Positions 10,753 through 20,057 of a DNA stretch of 64,000 bases are shown in pieces. Under the pieces are notes generated by a model that had not been told where the DNA came from, did no database searches, and saw nothing but the letters and a program-made list of their open reading frames with translations. Every line of letters begins with the position of its first letter. The first letter of the stretch is position 1. The translations under genes were made by a program, and so were the position numbers. This stretch comes from an uncultured delta proteobacterium (GTDB lineage Bacteria; Desulfobacterota; Binatia; DP-6): NCBI GenBank assembly GCA_963815115.1, contig CAWFFN010000005.1, positions 1,312,001-1,376,000 on the forward strand. Direction: 5' to 3'.

Positions 10753-10986
10753 ATGAGCGTGCAATCCAGCCGGGACGACCAGCGGGCGCAAGAAGGCGGA
10801 CGGAACAGACCGACCGAGCGGGCCTTCGTGATCCAGTTCGACCCCGTCGAGGGCGAGCGAAGCCGCCTCCGCGGACGGGTCGAGCTGGTGGCCTCGGGCG
10901 AGGCCATCCGCTTCCGATCCCTCAAGGAGCTGGTCGGCTTCCTGGTGGGCCAGCTGCGCAGACGCGCGAAAGGAGAACGACGATGA
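10753..10986 (+). CDS. small hypothetical protein
   Basis: 77 aa, AFVIQF...GRVELVASG..IRFRSLKELVGFL; ATGA overlap with the next gene. Confidence 0.6.
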   Translation: MSVQSSRDDQRAQEGGRNRPTERAFVIQFDPVEGERSRLRGRVELVASGEAIRFRSLKELVGFLVGQLRRRAKGERR

Positions 10987-11804
10987 GACGGGTATTGCTT
11001 GGGATCACGGTAGCGGCAGCGGTGGCACTCCTGGCGGACGCGGCCGGGGCCGCCGGCCCTCCGGCGGGACCACTCGGGAAGTGCGCCGTGGACGCCGTGG
11101 TGTCCGGTGCGGGGTGCATGGACAAGTACGAGGCGAGCGTGTGGCGGGTGCCGAACCCGCTGGCCGCGAACAGGAGCCTGGTGAAGAAGATCCAGCAGGG
11201 CACGGCAACGGCCGCGCTGCTGACGGCGGGGGGCGCGACGCAGCTCGGCATCGGCGGCAGCGACAACTACGCGCCGTGCGCGGACAGCGGGCAGAACTGC
11301 GCCGACGACGTCTACGCGGTGAGCCTGCCGGGGGTACGGCCGTCGGCGAACATCACCTGGTTCCAGGCGCAGCAGGCCTGCACGAACGCGGGCAAGCGGC
11401 TGCCGTCGAACGCGGAGTGGCAGGCGGAGGTGGCGGGAACGCCCGACCCGGGGGACGACGACGGCACGACCGAGTGCAACACGGCGAGCGCGTTCCACGC
11501 GGTCGCCACCGGATCCCGCACGGCCTGCGTGTCGGCACGGGGAGCGTTCGACATGGTGGGGAACCTCTACGAGTGGGTGGCAGATTGGGTACCGCACTCG
11601 ACGGGGTGCGGGAGCTGGAGTCCGGGCGTGAGCCCGACCGGTGACGACCAGTGCCTCGCCGGCGCGGCCGCGACGGGTGAACCCGCGGCGCTGCTGCGCG
11701 GCGGCAGCTACATCGGCGGTTCGCTTGCCGGTCCGCTCGCGGTCCTCGGCACCAACCCGCTGTCCGGCCCGAACGTGATCGTCGGCTTCCGCTGCGCTCG
11801 CTAG
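10983..11804 (+). CDS. secreted FGE-sulfatase/CLec-fold (Mtd-like) protein
   Basis: Signal peptide; MDKYEAS, ITWFQAQQAC, KRLPSNAEWQ, DMVGNLYEWV, RGGS...GFRCAR. Confidence 0.85.
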   Translation: MRRVLLGITVAAAVALLADAAGAAGPPAGPLGKCAVDAVVSGAGCMDKYEASVWRVPNPLAANRSLVKKIQQGTATAALLTAGGATQLGIGGSDNYAPCADSGQNCADDVYAVSLPGVRPSANITWFQAQQACTNAGKRLPSNAEWQAEVAGTPDPGDDDGTTECNTASAFHAVATGSRTACVSARGAFDMVGNLYEWVADWVPHSTGCGSWSPGVSPTGDDQCLAGAAATGEPAALLRGGSYIGGSLAGPLAVLGTNPLSGPNVIVGFRCAR

Positions 11805-12029
11805 TCCCGTTGCTCTCATCGCCGACGGGGCCGATGCCCGCGCCAGCCCGGACTGGCGCGGGACGTCGCCCTGGACGGCGAGCCATCCGCCGATGCCCGC
11901 CAGCACTCGCGTCCGCCCATCACAGCGGGGCACGCGAGTGGAGCCCTCCTGCAGCCGGCGGCGATTCACGAGCGCCTCCCGACCAACCACGGATTGTCGG
12001 ACGGGTTCCGATCTCCGGGGCGGCCGCTC

Positions 12030-12296
12030 CTACTTCTTGCCGCCGCCCTTCATCGAGTTACGCCAGAGGTCGGTGCAGCTGCGGACCGTCTCGACGTCGG
12101 TGTTGCTCTTCTTGGCGACCTCGTCCGCGCTGAGCCCGCCGCCCCCCTCGTCCAGCACCGCGACCACCTTGGCGCAGCCGGGCGGCATGGGCTGCGCCGC
12201 GCCCGTGCCTCCCTGCACCCCCTCGCCGCCGCGGGCGCCGCTCGCCGAAATCACCACCGCGCCGAGTAGCATCGTCACCATCCGCAGTCCGTTCAT
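12030..12296 (-). CDS. small secreted hypothetical protein
   Basis: GGAGG RBS, signal peptide, Cys pair around a short helical segment. Confidence 0.55.
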   Translation of the reverse strand: MNGLRMVTMLLGAVVISASGARGGEGVQGGTGAAQPMPPGCAKVVAVLDEGGGGLSADEVAKKSNTDVETVRSCTDLWRNSMKGGGKK

Positions 12297-12402
12297 CGTG
12301 GTCCCTCCGATGGGTCGATTGGGCGTCCTCTAGCCGGATCGCGTGCTCGGTGAAAGGGGTGGTCCTTTGCGGTAGCATTGCGGCGCGCGGGCGGAGCCGC
12401 GG

Positions 12403-13701
12403 ATGCCGACGACCTACTACCTCATCAGCGACCTGCACATCGGCGGCGACGGCGGGCTCGCGCACTGCGATTTCGAGCGCGAGCTGATCGAGTTCCTCGC
12501 CGGGATCGCGGAGGGACCACAGCCCGCGGAGCTCATCATCGTCGGCGACGCGTTCGGCTTCTGGGAGCTGACGGATCGGGAGGGGGCGTCGAAGCTCGAG
12601 ACGATCGCCACGGCGCTGCCGGCGCTCTTCCGGCAGCTGCGCGAGACCGGAGAGCGCGTGCGGATCACCCTGCTCCCCGGAAACCACGACTATGACCTGG
12701 CCTGCGTCCCGGCGTACCAGGCGGAGCTCGCGCGCTACAACATCCGTCTCGAGCCCGTGGTGTACATCACCCGCACGATCGCGGGCCGCACCGTCTGGAT
12801 CGAGCACGGCAACCAGTACGACGACTTCAACCGCTTTCCGGACTTCGGCAACCGCTGGGGACTGCCCCTGGGCTACTTCATCACCCGCGGCGTCGTCGCC
12901 TCCGCGGCCCGGAGCGCGGAGCGGAGCAAGAGCGAGTGGCTCGACGACGTCCAGTCCGTGTATCCGAACGAGGACATCCCGTTCTGGGTGCTCTCGAACC
13001 ACTTCTACAAGGAGATGACGCCGCTGCTGCGCTGGGGGCTCTTCCCCTTCCTCCTCCTGTTCACCGTGAGCGTGGTCGTCTTCGGGCTCCGCGCGGCCGG
13101 TCGGCTGTTCGGCTGGGACACGAGCGTGTTCGACATGAACCTGCAGCCGATCCTCGGGTTTCCCGGCCGGGTGATCGACCTGGTGCAGTTCGTGAACAGC
13201 ACGGTGATCGCGACGCTCCTGGTGCTCGCCGTCCCGCTGTACTTCCTGCTCCGGGACATCCGCGCGGCGGTCGCGCGCTACGGCATGGCGCGCGGCGAGC
13301 TCCTCAATGTCGAGAAGGACGCGCAGTACGTCGCCGCGGCGAAGCGCATCTTCGCCGCGGACCCGACGGTGGCGGTGTTCGTGTACGGGCACACCCACAT
13401 CCCCTCGCTGCGCGAGGTCGAGGGGCGCTACGTGATCAACACCGGGACGTGGCTCAAGCGGCTCGACTACGTTCCGGTCCGGGTGGGGCACCTGCCCGGC
13501 GTCTACGTCCCATCCTACCAGCTCAACTACTTCGAGCTCGCCGAGGACGACGGCGCGCTCCGCGTGCGCTACCGGGTGATCGCCAAGGAGCCGCCGCGTG
13601 ACCTGACGCTCCTGGAGCGGTTGCTCATCCTGGGCCGGCGCACGAAGGCGACCCCGACGATCCCCACCGAGACACGGGTCGCCCGCGGCGCGACGGTCTA
13701 G
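12403..13701 (+). CDS. metallophosphoesterase with an inserted membrane hairpin
   Basis: SDLH, GD, GNHD, EHG, GHTH, NTGTW motifs; two hydrophobic segments in the middle. Confidence 0.85.
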   Translation: MPTTYYLISDLHIGGDGGLAHCDFERELIEFLAGIAEGPQPAELIIVGDAFGFWELTDREGASKLETIATALPALFRQLRETGERVRITLLPGNHDYDLACVPAYQAELARYNIRLEPVVYITRTIAGRTVWIEHGNQYDDFNRFPDFGNRWGLPLGYFITRGVVASAARSAERSKSEWLDDVQSVYPNEDIPFWVLSNHFYKEMTPLLRWGLFPFLLLFTVSVVVFGLRAAGRLFGWDTSVFDMNLQPILGFPGRVIDLVQFVNSTVIATLLVLAVPLYFLLRDIRAAVARYGMARGELLNVEKDAQYVAAAKRIFAADPTVAVFVYGHTHIPSLREVEGRYVINTGTWLKRLDYVPVRVGHLPGVYVPSYQLNYFELAEDDGALRVRYRVIAKEPPRDLTLLERLLILGRRTKATPTIPTETRVARGATV

Positions 13702-15188
13702 CTGCCGGCGTCCTCGGGTTTCTCGATCGCCTCGGTCCACAGGGCGGTTGCGGTGCGCCCCTCCGCATCGGCCTGCTGCTCGATGTTGTCGCGGATGTGC
13801 AGGATGAGGCCGCCGATGTGGTCGCGGGCCGCGTTGATGGGCGAGAGCAGGTCCGAGAGCGCCGCCTGGTCGCCGAGGTCGCCGGCGGCGAAGCGGTCCA
13901 GCGCCTCGCTCTTCAGCTCCAGCAGCTCGCGCTGCAGCTCTGCCAGAGGCTCCAGCTCGAGCGTCGCGGAGAGCTCGAGAGTGGCGATGCGGCGCTCGAC
14001 GTCCGCGACGCGGAGCATGTAGCTCCCGAACGTCTCGTCCCGCCGGGCCCGCGTCCGCTGGCGCCACCACTGCCAGAAGAAGAGCGCGCCGCCCGCGAGC
14101 GCGCCGAGGATGCTGAGCGAGTTGCTGAGCGCGTTGACGGTGTCGTCGGTGACGTAGGGCAGGTCGCGCCGCTGGTAGTCGACTGCGCCGGCGTGCGGCT
14201 CGAGGCGCGACGGCAGCGCGAGCAAGCCGCGATCGAGGGGAGGCGACGTGACCTGGGCGACCTCGGCACCGAACACCGTGTCGAGGAAGCGCTCGACCGC
14301 CTCGGCCGGCACCCGGTCGTTCGCGACGACCATCAGCCGGGCTCCGATCGTGTGCAGGGGCGCGTCGGGGATCGGGGGATCGATCTCGTACGTGAAGGCC
14401 GGGATGACCGTGTCGGAGACGTGCCGGCGTTCGATTGCCGACCCGGCGCCCTGCGACGGCTCATCCGTGATCAGGATGCCCAGCCGGAACGCCTCCGCGA
14501 AGGGCAGCGGCACGATCCGGTAGCCCGCGGACCGGATGAGCTGCAACGCGATGATCGACGGCACCGTGGCCAGGTGGAGGACCGCGTCCGGCATGGCCGA
14601 GCGATCGCCGCGCTCGACGAGGGCCTGGAGCTCGGGGAGGGACGACGCCCGAGCGAGGTATCCGTCGTCGGTCGTGGCACCGCGGGGCCCGACACCGGCG
14701 AAGTCCAGGACAGCGGTCGCGAGGCCGGCGGTCGTCGAGCCGTTCGGTCCGAGATCGACCGTGCGGCCGCGCAGCGCGTCCAGACCGTGGGCAACGCTGT
14801 CGGCGAACTCTTCCTTCACCAGCAGGTGGAGGGCCTCGGTGTAGAGCGGCGTGACGGCGCGGACGTTCGGGTAGCGCTCCATCCGGTAGGCTCCCGAGAC
14901 CAGCGCGAAGTCGATGGCGCCCTGGCTCACCTGGGCGAGTCCCTCCTCGGTGGTCGCGGTCTCCACGAGGCGGGCGTCGAGACCGTGGCCCGCCAGCGCC
15001 CCGACGAGTGTGTGCGCGACCTTCGCCCGCGTCGTATCCATGACTCCGGGCGTCAGCGTGATGCGGCGAACCGGAGCCGGCGATCTGGTCAGCGCGATCG
15101 CCAGCGCGACGCCGAGCGCTGCCAGCCCGAGGAACAGCCCCAGCCAGCTGCCCCGCCTCGGCCGGAGAAACTTCGCTTCCTGGCTCAT
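13698..15188 (-). CDS. TAXI-family solute-binding-like protein with N- and C-terminal membrane segments
   Basis: TPLYTEALHLLV, LRGRTVDLGPNGS, H.GA..Y; C-terminal TM followed by a helical tail; start inferred at MSQEAK. Confidence 0.75.
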   Translation of the reverse strand: MSQEAKFLRPRRGSWLGLFLGLAALGVALAIALTRSPAPVRRITLTPGVMDTTRAKVAHTLVGALAGHGLDARLVETATTEEGLAQVSQGAIDFALVSGAYRMERYPNVRAVTPLYTEALHLLVKEEFADSVAHGLDALRGRTVDLGPNGSTTAGLATAVLDFAGVGPRGATTDDGYLARASSLPELQALVERGDRSAMPDAVLHLATVPSIIALQLIRSAGYRIVPLPFAEAFRLGILITDEPSQGAGSAIERRHVSDTVIPAFTYEIDPPIPDAPLHTIGARLMVVANDRVPAEAVERFLDTVFGAEVAQVTSPPLDRGLLALPSRLEPHAGAVDYQRRDLPYVTDDTVNALSNSLSILGALAGGALFFWQWWRQRTRARRDETFGSYMLRVADVERRIATLELSATLELEPLAELQRELLELKSEALDRFAAGDLGDQAALSDLLSPINAARDHIGGLILHIRDNIEQQADAEGRTATALWTEAIEKPEDAGS

Positions 15189-15665
15189 GACCGGAACGGC
15201 ACTGCCTCGGGGATCGAGAGACCGATCGCCGGGATCCACCTGCCCGAGACCACCACCACGCGCGCCCCGAGTGACCTTGCTGCACCGACCCGACGCCTGC
15301 CGACGCCGGTGCCCGGTGCGCTTCTCGTCGCCGTGAGCGGCACGGCGACCGAGGCTATGCGAGGGCAATTGAATTGGCCAGCACCGTCCCCTGGTTCGCC
15401 TCTTCACGTTTCACGCTCTCGGTTGCCTCTACGGTGCGGGCTCGATGTACGCGCGGCATCCATCTGGGGACATTCCCAGCGCCGCACCTCGGGGTCGCAG
15501 ATCCGGGAAGGAAGCCAGCTGCCAGACGGGTCCTAGCTCACCAGGACGGCGGTATCCGTGCCGGAACGCCCCCGCCGGTCCCGAGCTGCGTGGCATGTCG
15601 GTTGCTGTTGTTTCGTGGTGACTCGATCCCGCAGGCGATGCCGATTCGGGTCCGAAGGATAGCGT

Positions 15666-17453
15666 ATGAAACGACTCCGGATGGGACGCGGCCTGATGGT
15701 CGTCACGCTGGCGATCGTGGGAACCTGCGCCGTGGCGGGACGGAGCGGAGCCCGGCCGTTCGACGAGTTGATCCTCGCATTCGCCGTGGGCACGCTGGCG
15801 ATCGCGTGTTTCGCCATGCGCCGGCAGCGCGAGGCCGAGGCAGAGGTCCGAACGTGTCGGCGGGCCGAGCAAGAGCCCGCCAATCTGACGAACCTCGCCA
15901 TCCTCGCCCGCATGGGCCACGCGATCCGCACGCCGCTCAATGGGATCGTCGGTACGACCGAGCTTCTGGTTCACACGCCGCTGACGACCGCGCCGCGTGA
16001 ACTCGTCGAGATCGCCCGGGCGTCGTCCGACGCGTTGTCGACCGTGATCAACGACCTCCTCGACTTCTCCCAGATCCAGGCCGGCAAGGTCGACCTCCAG
16101 CACGTCGCCTTCGACCTGCGCGACTGCGTCGGCGAGACGCTCGAGGCACTCGCCGTCTCGGCCCACCAGAAGTTCCTCGAGCTCACCTACACGAGCTCGG
16201 ACGATGTCCCGGGCGAGCTGTACGGCGACCCGGCTCGTCTGCGCCAGGTCCTCGTCAACCTGGTGGGGAACGCGATCGAGTTCACGCGCGCCGGCGGCGA
16301 GGTGGTGGTAACCATCGACGCGATGGCGTCGAGCGATCGTGAGACACGGATTCGCTGTTCGGTTCGAGACACCGGGATCGGCATCTCCCCGGAACAGCGC
16401 GCTCGCGTCTTCGACGTCCTCGAACCGGGTGACGGCGGGACCACGCCGTCCTTCGCAAGTACGGGCCTCGGGCTGCCGATCTCGGCGCAGATCGTCCATC
16501 TCATGGGCGGTGAGATCGGCGTCGAGAGCGTCGTCGGTCAGGGCAGCACGTTCCACTTCACCGCGGCGTTCGAACGCCAGGTCCGGCCATCCCCGGCCGT
16601 TTCGCCGTCGCGACCGACGGCGCTTCGCGGGATGCGGGTCCTGGTCGTCGACGACAACCTCGCGAATCGCCGCATCCTCGAGATGATGCTGCGCGGCTGG
16701 GGGATGGAGCCGACGGCCATGGAGTGTGGCGCCGACGCCCTGTGCGCCCTGCAGGAGGCCGCGGGCAGCGCGCGACCGTTCCGCCTGGTGATCCTCGACG
16801 TCCAGATGCCGGGGCTCGACGGCTTTGAAGTCGCCGAGCGAATTCAGGATGACCCGAACCTGTCCCGAGCGCCGATCCTGATGCTCACCTCGGATCGACG
16901 CAAGGAGGATCGTGACCGTTGTCGCGAGCTCGGCGTGGCCGGCTATCTCGTGAAGCCCGTCAGGCAGTCGGAGCTGTTGCAGGCAATCTGGGAGATCCTG
17001 AGCGCGTCGCCCGCCACGGGGAGAGCGGCGGACGAATCCGATGCGCAGCAGCTGACATCGCCGCGGCCGCTCCGTGTGTTGCTGGCGGAGGACAACCCCC
17101 TGAACCAGGCGCTGATGGTGCGGGTGCTGGAGAGGACTGGCCACCACGTCACCGTGGCGGCCAACGGGAAGGAAGCGCTCGCCAAGCTGAGCGACGCGAG
17201 GTTCGACGTCGTCCTCATGGACATTGAAATGCCGGAGATGGACGGTCTGGAGGCCGCGGCGGCGATCCGCCGATGCGAACGGGCCGACGACAGTCCAGAC
17301 ACGAAGCACATCCCGATCGTCGCGCTGACGGCCCACGCGATGGTCGACGACCCGAAGCGATGTCTGGACGCCGACATGGATGCCTACCTGTCCAAGCCGG
17401 TCAACGTCAGCGACCTCCTCCAGGCGATCCACACGCTGGCGGCGGCCGCGTAG
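15666..17453 (+). CDS. hybrid sensor histidine kinase with two receiver domains
   Basis: H-box MGHAIRTPLNG, GDPARLRQVLVNLVGNA, DTGIGI, TGLGL; two REC domains (LVVDDN..LDVQMP; LLAEDN..MDIEMP). Confidence 0.9.
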   Translation: MKRLRMGRGLMVVTLAIVGTCAVAGRSGARPFDELILAFAVGTLAIACFAMRRQREAEAEVRTCRRAEQEPANLTNLAILARMGHAIRTPLNGIVGTTELLVHTPLTTAPRELVEIARASSDALSTVINDLLDFSQIQAGKVDLQHVAFDLRDCVGETLEALAVSAHQKFLELTYTSSDDVPGELYGDPARLRQVLVNLVGNAIEFTRAGGEVVVTIDAMASSDRETRIRCSVRDTGIGISPEQRARVFDVLEPGDGGTTPSFASTGLGLPISAQIVHLMGGEIGVESVVGQGSTFHFTAAFERQVRPSPAVSPSRPTALRGMRVLVVDDNLANRRILEMMLRGWGMEPTAMECGADALCALQEAAGSARPFRLVILDVQMPGLDGFEVAERIQDDPNLSRAPILMLTSDRRKEDRDRCRELGVAGYLVKPVRQSELLQAIWEILSASPATGRAADESDAQQLTSPRPLRVLLAEDNPLNQALMVRVLERTGHHVTVAANGKEALAKLSDARFDVVLMDIEMPEMDGLEAAAAIRRCERADDSPDTKHIPIVALTAHAMVDDPKRCLDADMDAYLSKPVNVSDLLQAIHTLAAAA

Positions 17454-17579
17454 CTTGACGCCGCGCTCCGTTCCTGAGACGCCTGCCGTGAGGGGTCGTC
17501 GGGGGACATGCAGCGGCTGGCGGCAGAGGCATTGGCCCATTGCCCGGTCTCTCGGTAGAGTGCGCGAGGGGAGGGCCGG

Positions 17580-17795
17580 ATGTCTCAAGCGACCGACCGC
17601 GCGTGGGTGATCGAGAGGCGCAGCGGCGTCGGCGGCGAGAGGTGGGAACCTCTGTCGGGCATCGAGCCTCGCTCACTGGCGAGCTGCAGAGTCGACCTCG
17701 AGGAGCGCGCGAGCGTGCCGCGGCATCAGGGCCGGACGTGGCGTCTTCGCAACATCGCCACGCGAGACATCATCGACTGGCCGATGCCCGCGTAG
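17580..17795 (+). CDS. small hypothetical protein
   Basis: 71 aa with GGAGG RBS; no recognised motif. Confidence 0.35.
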   Translation: MSQATDRAWVIERRSGVGGERWEPLSGIEPRSLASCRVDLEERASVPRHQGRTWRLRNIATRDIIDWPMPA

Positions 17796-17857
17796 TACAG
17801 CGCGTCGGTGAGATTCGCCCAGTTCAGGGTCGCGTCCTCGAGTGACTGACACTCGGG

Positions 17858-18187
17858 CTATATGCTGCCCACGCGGTCCGCCGCCCTGGCTGCGGTCCCT
17901 TCCAGGGCGACGAGCCGCTGCTCCAGAGCTCCCAGGCGCTCGCCGTCGAGGACCGGGCGCGGGTGCGCACTGAAGGCGGGATTGTTCACCCACCAGTCCA
18001 TGCCCATTTCCTTCGCCTTGTCCACCGAGCAGATCACCAGGCGAATCTGGATCGTGAGCAGCTCCACCTCGACGAGGTTCACGCGAATGTCCCCTGCGAT
18101 GACGATACCCTTGTCGAGCACTCGCTCGAGCACGTCGGCGAGCGTGGCGCTGGATGTCGATTTCGTGACTCCGGATGCGAAGGGTAT
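17858..18187 (-). CDS. gvpJ: gas vesicle protein, GvpA/GvpJ family (GvpJ-like)
   Basis: ATLADVLERVLDKGIVIAGDI..L.EVELLTIQIRLVICSVDKAKEMGMDWW; frame opens at ATA 18187 behind an AGGAGA RBS. Confidence 0.8.
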   Translation of the reverse strand: MPFASGVTKSTSSATLADVLERVLDKGIVIAGDIRVNLVEVELLTIQIRLVICSVDKAKEMGMDWWVNNPAFSAHPRPVLDGERLGALEQRLVALEGTAARAADRVGSI

Positions 18188-18204
18188 CTACCGTCTCCTG
18201 GCCT

Positions 18205-18468
18205 CTAGAACAGCCTGCCAAGCGGACCCAGGTCGAGGTTCAGGTCGTCCTCTTCGAGATTGAACGCTTCCCGCAGCTGCCCCTCCTGCGCGTCGAACTG
18301 CGCCTCGGTGATCTGACCACGCTCGAGCAGCAGATAGAGCTGCCGCAGCTCCTCGGTGATCGCGTCGGCCTCGCCGGCCCGTTCCGCTTGCACTGCGTCG
18401 TGCACCTGCTCCGCGACCCACAGCAGACCCCGGAACGGAGCGAAAAGCAGATCGTCGATCAGGAGCAC
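18205..18468 (-). CDS. GvpG N-terminus fused to a GvpK C-terminus
   Basis: DDLLFAPFRGLLWVAEQV...LYLLLERGQITEAQFDAQE (GvpG-like) followed by FNLEEDDLNLDLGPLGRL (GvpK signature). Confidence 0.75.
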   Translation of the reverse strand: MLLIDDLLFAPFRGLLWVAEQVHDAVQAERAGEADAITEELRQLYLLLERGQITEAQFDAQEGQLREAFNLEEDDLNLDLGPLGRLF

Positions 18469-18495
18469 GGCGCGGATCCGTTCGCCAGCGTCAGG

Positions 18496-19284
18496 CTACC
18501 CACGCGCATGTGCCGAGGCGTGCCCCGGGCGCAGGTCCAGCGCCAGATCGACGAAGTGGTGCGGCGCCCACGGCCCGCTGTAGTCGAACGCGTAGCTGTT
18601 GTCGAAGAGCTTGGCGGCATCGAACACGGCGGCCTCGAATGCCGGCTGCCGGTCGCGTCGCAGGAGGCAGGCGAGATGAAAGACCTCGGTTTCGCCGCGG
18701 GTCGTATTGTGCGTGAGCTCGTCACAGCACGGGCCGAGGATCTCCTCCACCCGCGCCCCGTGAGTCTCACGGTCCTCCCTGAGCAAGCGATCGAAGAGGC
18801 GCCCGACTTCGATCCTGTCGTCCTGCGTGGGTTCCCGATGTCCGGCGAAGAAGCGATCGCGGACGGCCCGGAGCTCCTCGTGCGTCGCGACGAAATATTC
18901 GAAGATGTTGGGCACATCCCAGGTGACCCGCAAGCCCATCTCGATGCGACCGTGCACGCGCTCCATCTGTTCCCGCAGCGACTGCTGGTTCCGTGAAAGG
19001 ATCCGCTGCATCACCTTGCCGTCGTCGGCGACCATGCCGAAGGCCACCGGCAGCACCGCCGGCGCCACCTCCATCAGCTGGCGCAGGACTTCCTGGTGCG
19101 CCGCCAGGTGGCGCCGTTCGGGCCGGAACCGGCCCGCGATCTCGCTGACGAACGCAGAGAGCGCGCCGCTGGTGATCGAGTGGACGATGCCGCTGTCCAG
19201 GCCGATCGGACCGAGGATCCGGTGGTCGAGGTGCGGCGCAACCGCGTAGACGTACAGCTTCGGCTTGAGCGACGCGGGCCTCAT
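18496..19284 (-). CDS. gvpF: GvpL/GvpF family gas vesicle protein
   Basis: LYVYAV, AHQEVL, VLPVAFG, EMGLRVTW, SGPWAPHHFV; GAGGAGG RBS. Confidence 0.88.
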   Translation of the reverse strand: MRPASLKPKLYVYAVAPHLDHRILGPIGLDSGIVHSITSGALSAFVSEIAGRFRPERRHLAAHQEVLRQLMEVAPAVLPVAFGMVADDGKVMQRILSRNQQSLREQMERVHGRIEMGLRVTWDVPNIFEYFVATHEELRAVRDRFFAGHREPTQDDRIEVGRLFDRLLREDRETHGARVEEILGPCCDELTHNTTRGETEVFHLACLLRRDRQPAFEAAVFDAAKLFDNSYAFDYSGPWAPHHFVDLALDLRPGHASAHARG

Positions 19285-19310
19285 CGATGGGCCTCCTCTT
19301 TGCGGGGTCA

Positions 19311-19508
19311 TCAGCCGTAGGTCTCCGATCGGCGGCCCGCTGACGGTACCGCCGTCGCAGGCACCGGCGAGACAGAACGGAGATTGCCGCCTTCGGTCTT
19401 GATCTCGAGCAACGCGCTGCAGGTCGAGTCGCGTACCAGTCCTGCATAGTCGTCGTAGGCATCGCCGAGATCGATCTTGTGGCCGCACGCGAGACAGATG
19501 ATCTGCAT
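19311..19508 (-). CDS. small zinc-ribbon-like protein in the gas vesicle cluster
   Basis: MQIICLACGHKIDL...DSTCSALLEI; GAGGAG RBS; second CxxC is degenerate. Confidence 0.55.
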   Translation of the reverse strand: MQIICLACGHKIDLGDAYDDYAGLVRDSTCSALLEIKTEGGNLRSVSPVPATAVPSAGRRSETYG

Positions 19509-19572
19509 GATCGTCACTCCTCGACGAGGCCGACGCGTAGCGCGCGGGCGGTCCGTTGCTCCGGCGGGCGCA

Positions 19573-19791
19573 TCACCGGTCCCTCGGCGAGTCCAGGCGC
19601 GCCTCGTGGGCATGCCACGCCTCGGCAAGCCACTGGCGACGTGTGTCGCCGATGCCGCGGGCGAGCGCGCCGCGCAGCAGCCGCCGGGTGTCGTGCGTGC
19701 GGATGGGCGCACCGGTCGACGCGGGGCACGAGCGGAATCCCTTGATCGTGCGAGCGCTGCGGATGTGCCTCCCGGTCCGAATGGTGAGCAT
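19573..19791 (-). CDS. small hypothetical protein, possibly degenerate
   Basis: GGAGG RBS before MLTIRTG; lies between co-oriented gvp-associated ORFs. Confidence 0.3.
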   Translation of the reverse strand: MLTIRTGRHIRSARTIKGFRSCPASTGAPIRTHDTRRLLRGALARGIGDTRRQWLAEAWHAHEARLDSPRDR

Positions 19792-19805
19792 CTGGTCCCT
19801 CCACC

Positions 19806-20057
19806 TCAGTACCGGAGTCTCACGCCGCCGCTGCGTGTGGCAGGGGCCGGCCGGGTCGCAGGCGGAGTCGTGCCCGCAGCCGGCGTGGCGCCGCGAGTGG
19901 CCAGCGCACCGAGAAGAGCAGATTTCTCGGCCTCGATCTCTCTCAGACGAGCATCGAGGTTCTCGACCATCGAGCCGTCGCGCGTCATTTCCACACGCCA
20001 GCGCGCGAATCCCTCGAAACCCGGGGCCCGCGGGCTCGGGCGTCTCATCTTTCGCAT
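19806..20057 (-). pseudogene. C-terminal remnant of a coiled-coil gas-vesicle-cluster protein
   Basis: VENLDARLREIEAEKSALL...GGVRLRY resembles, from recollection, the small gene following gvpN; N-terminus does not look native. Confidence 0.4.

Noticed and set aside
10983-12400. Complete diversity-generating retroelement
   Set aside because: No reverse transcriptase, Avd or template repeat was seen in the window; only a target-like gene
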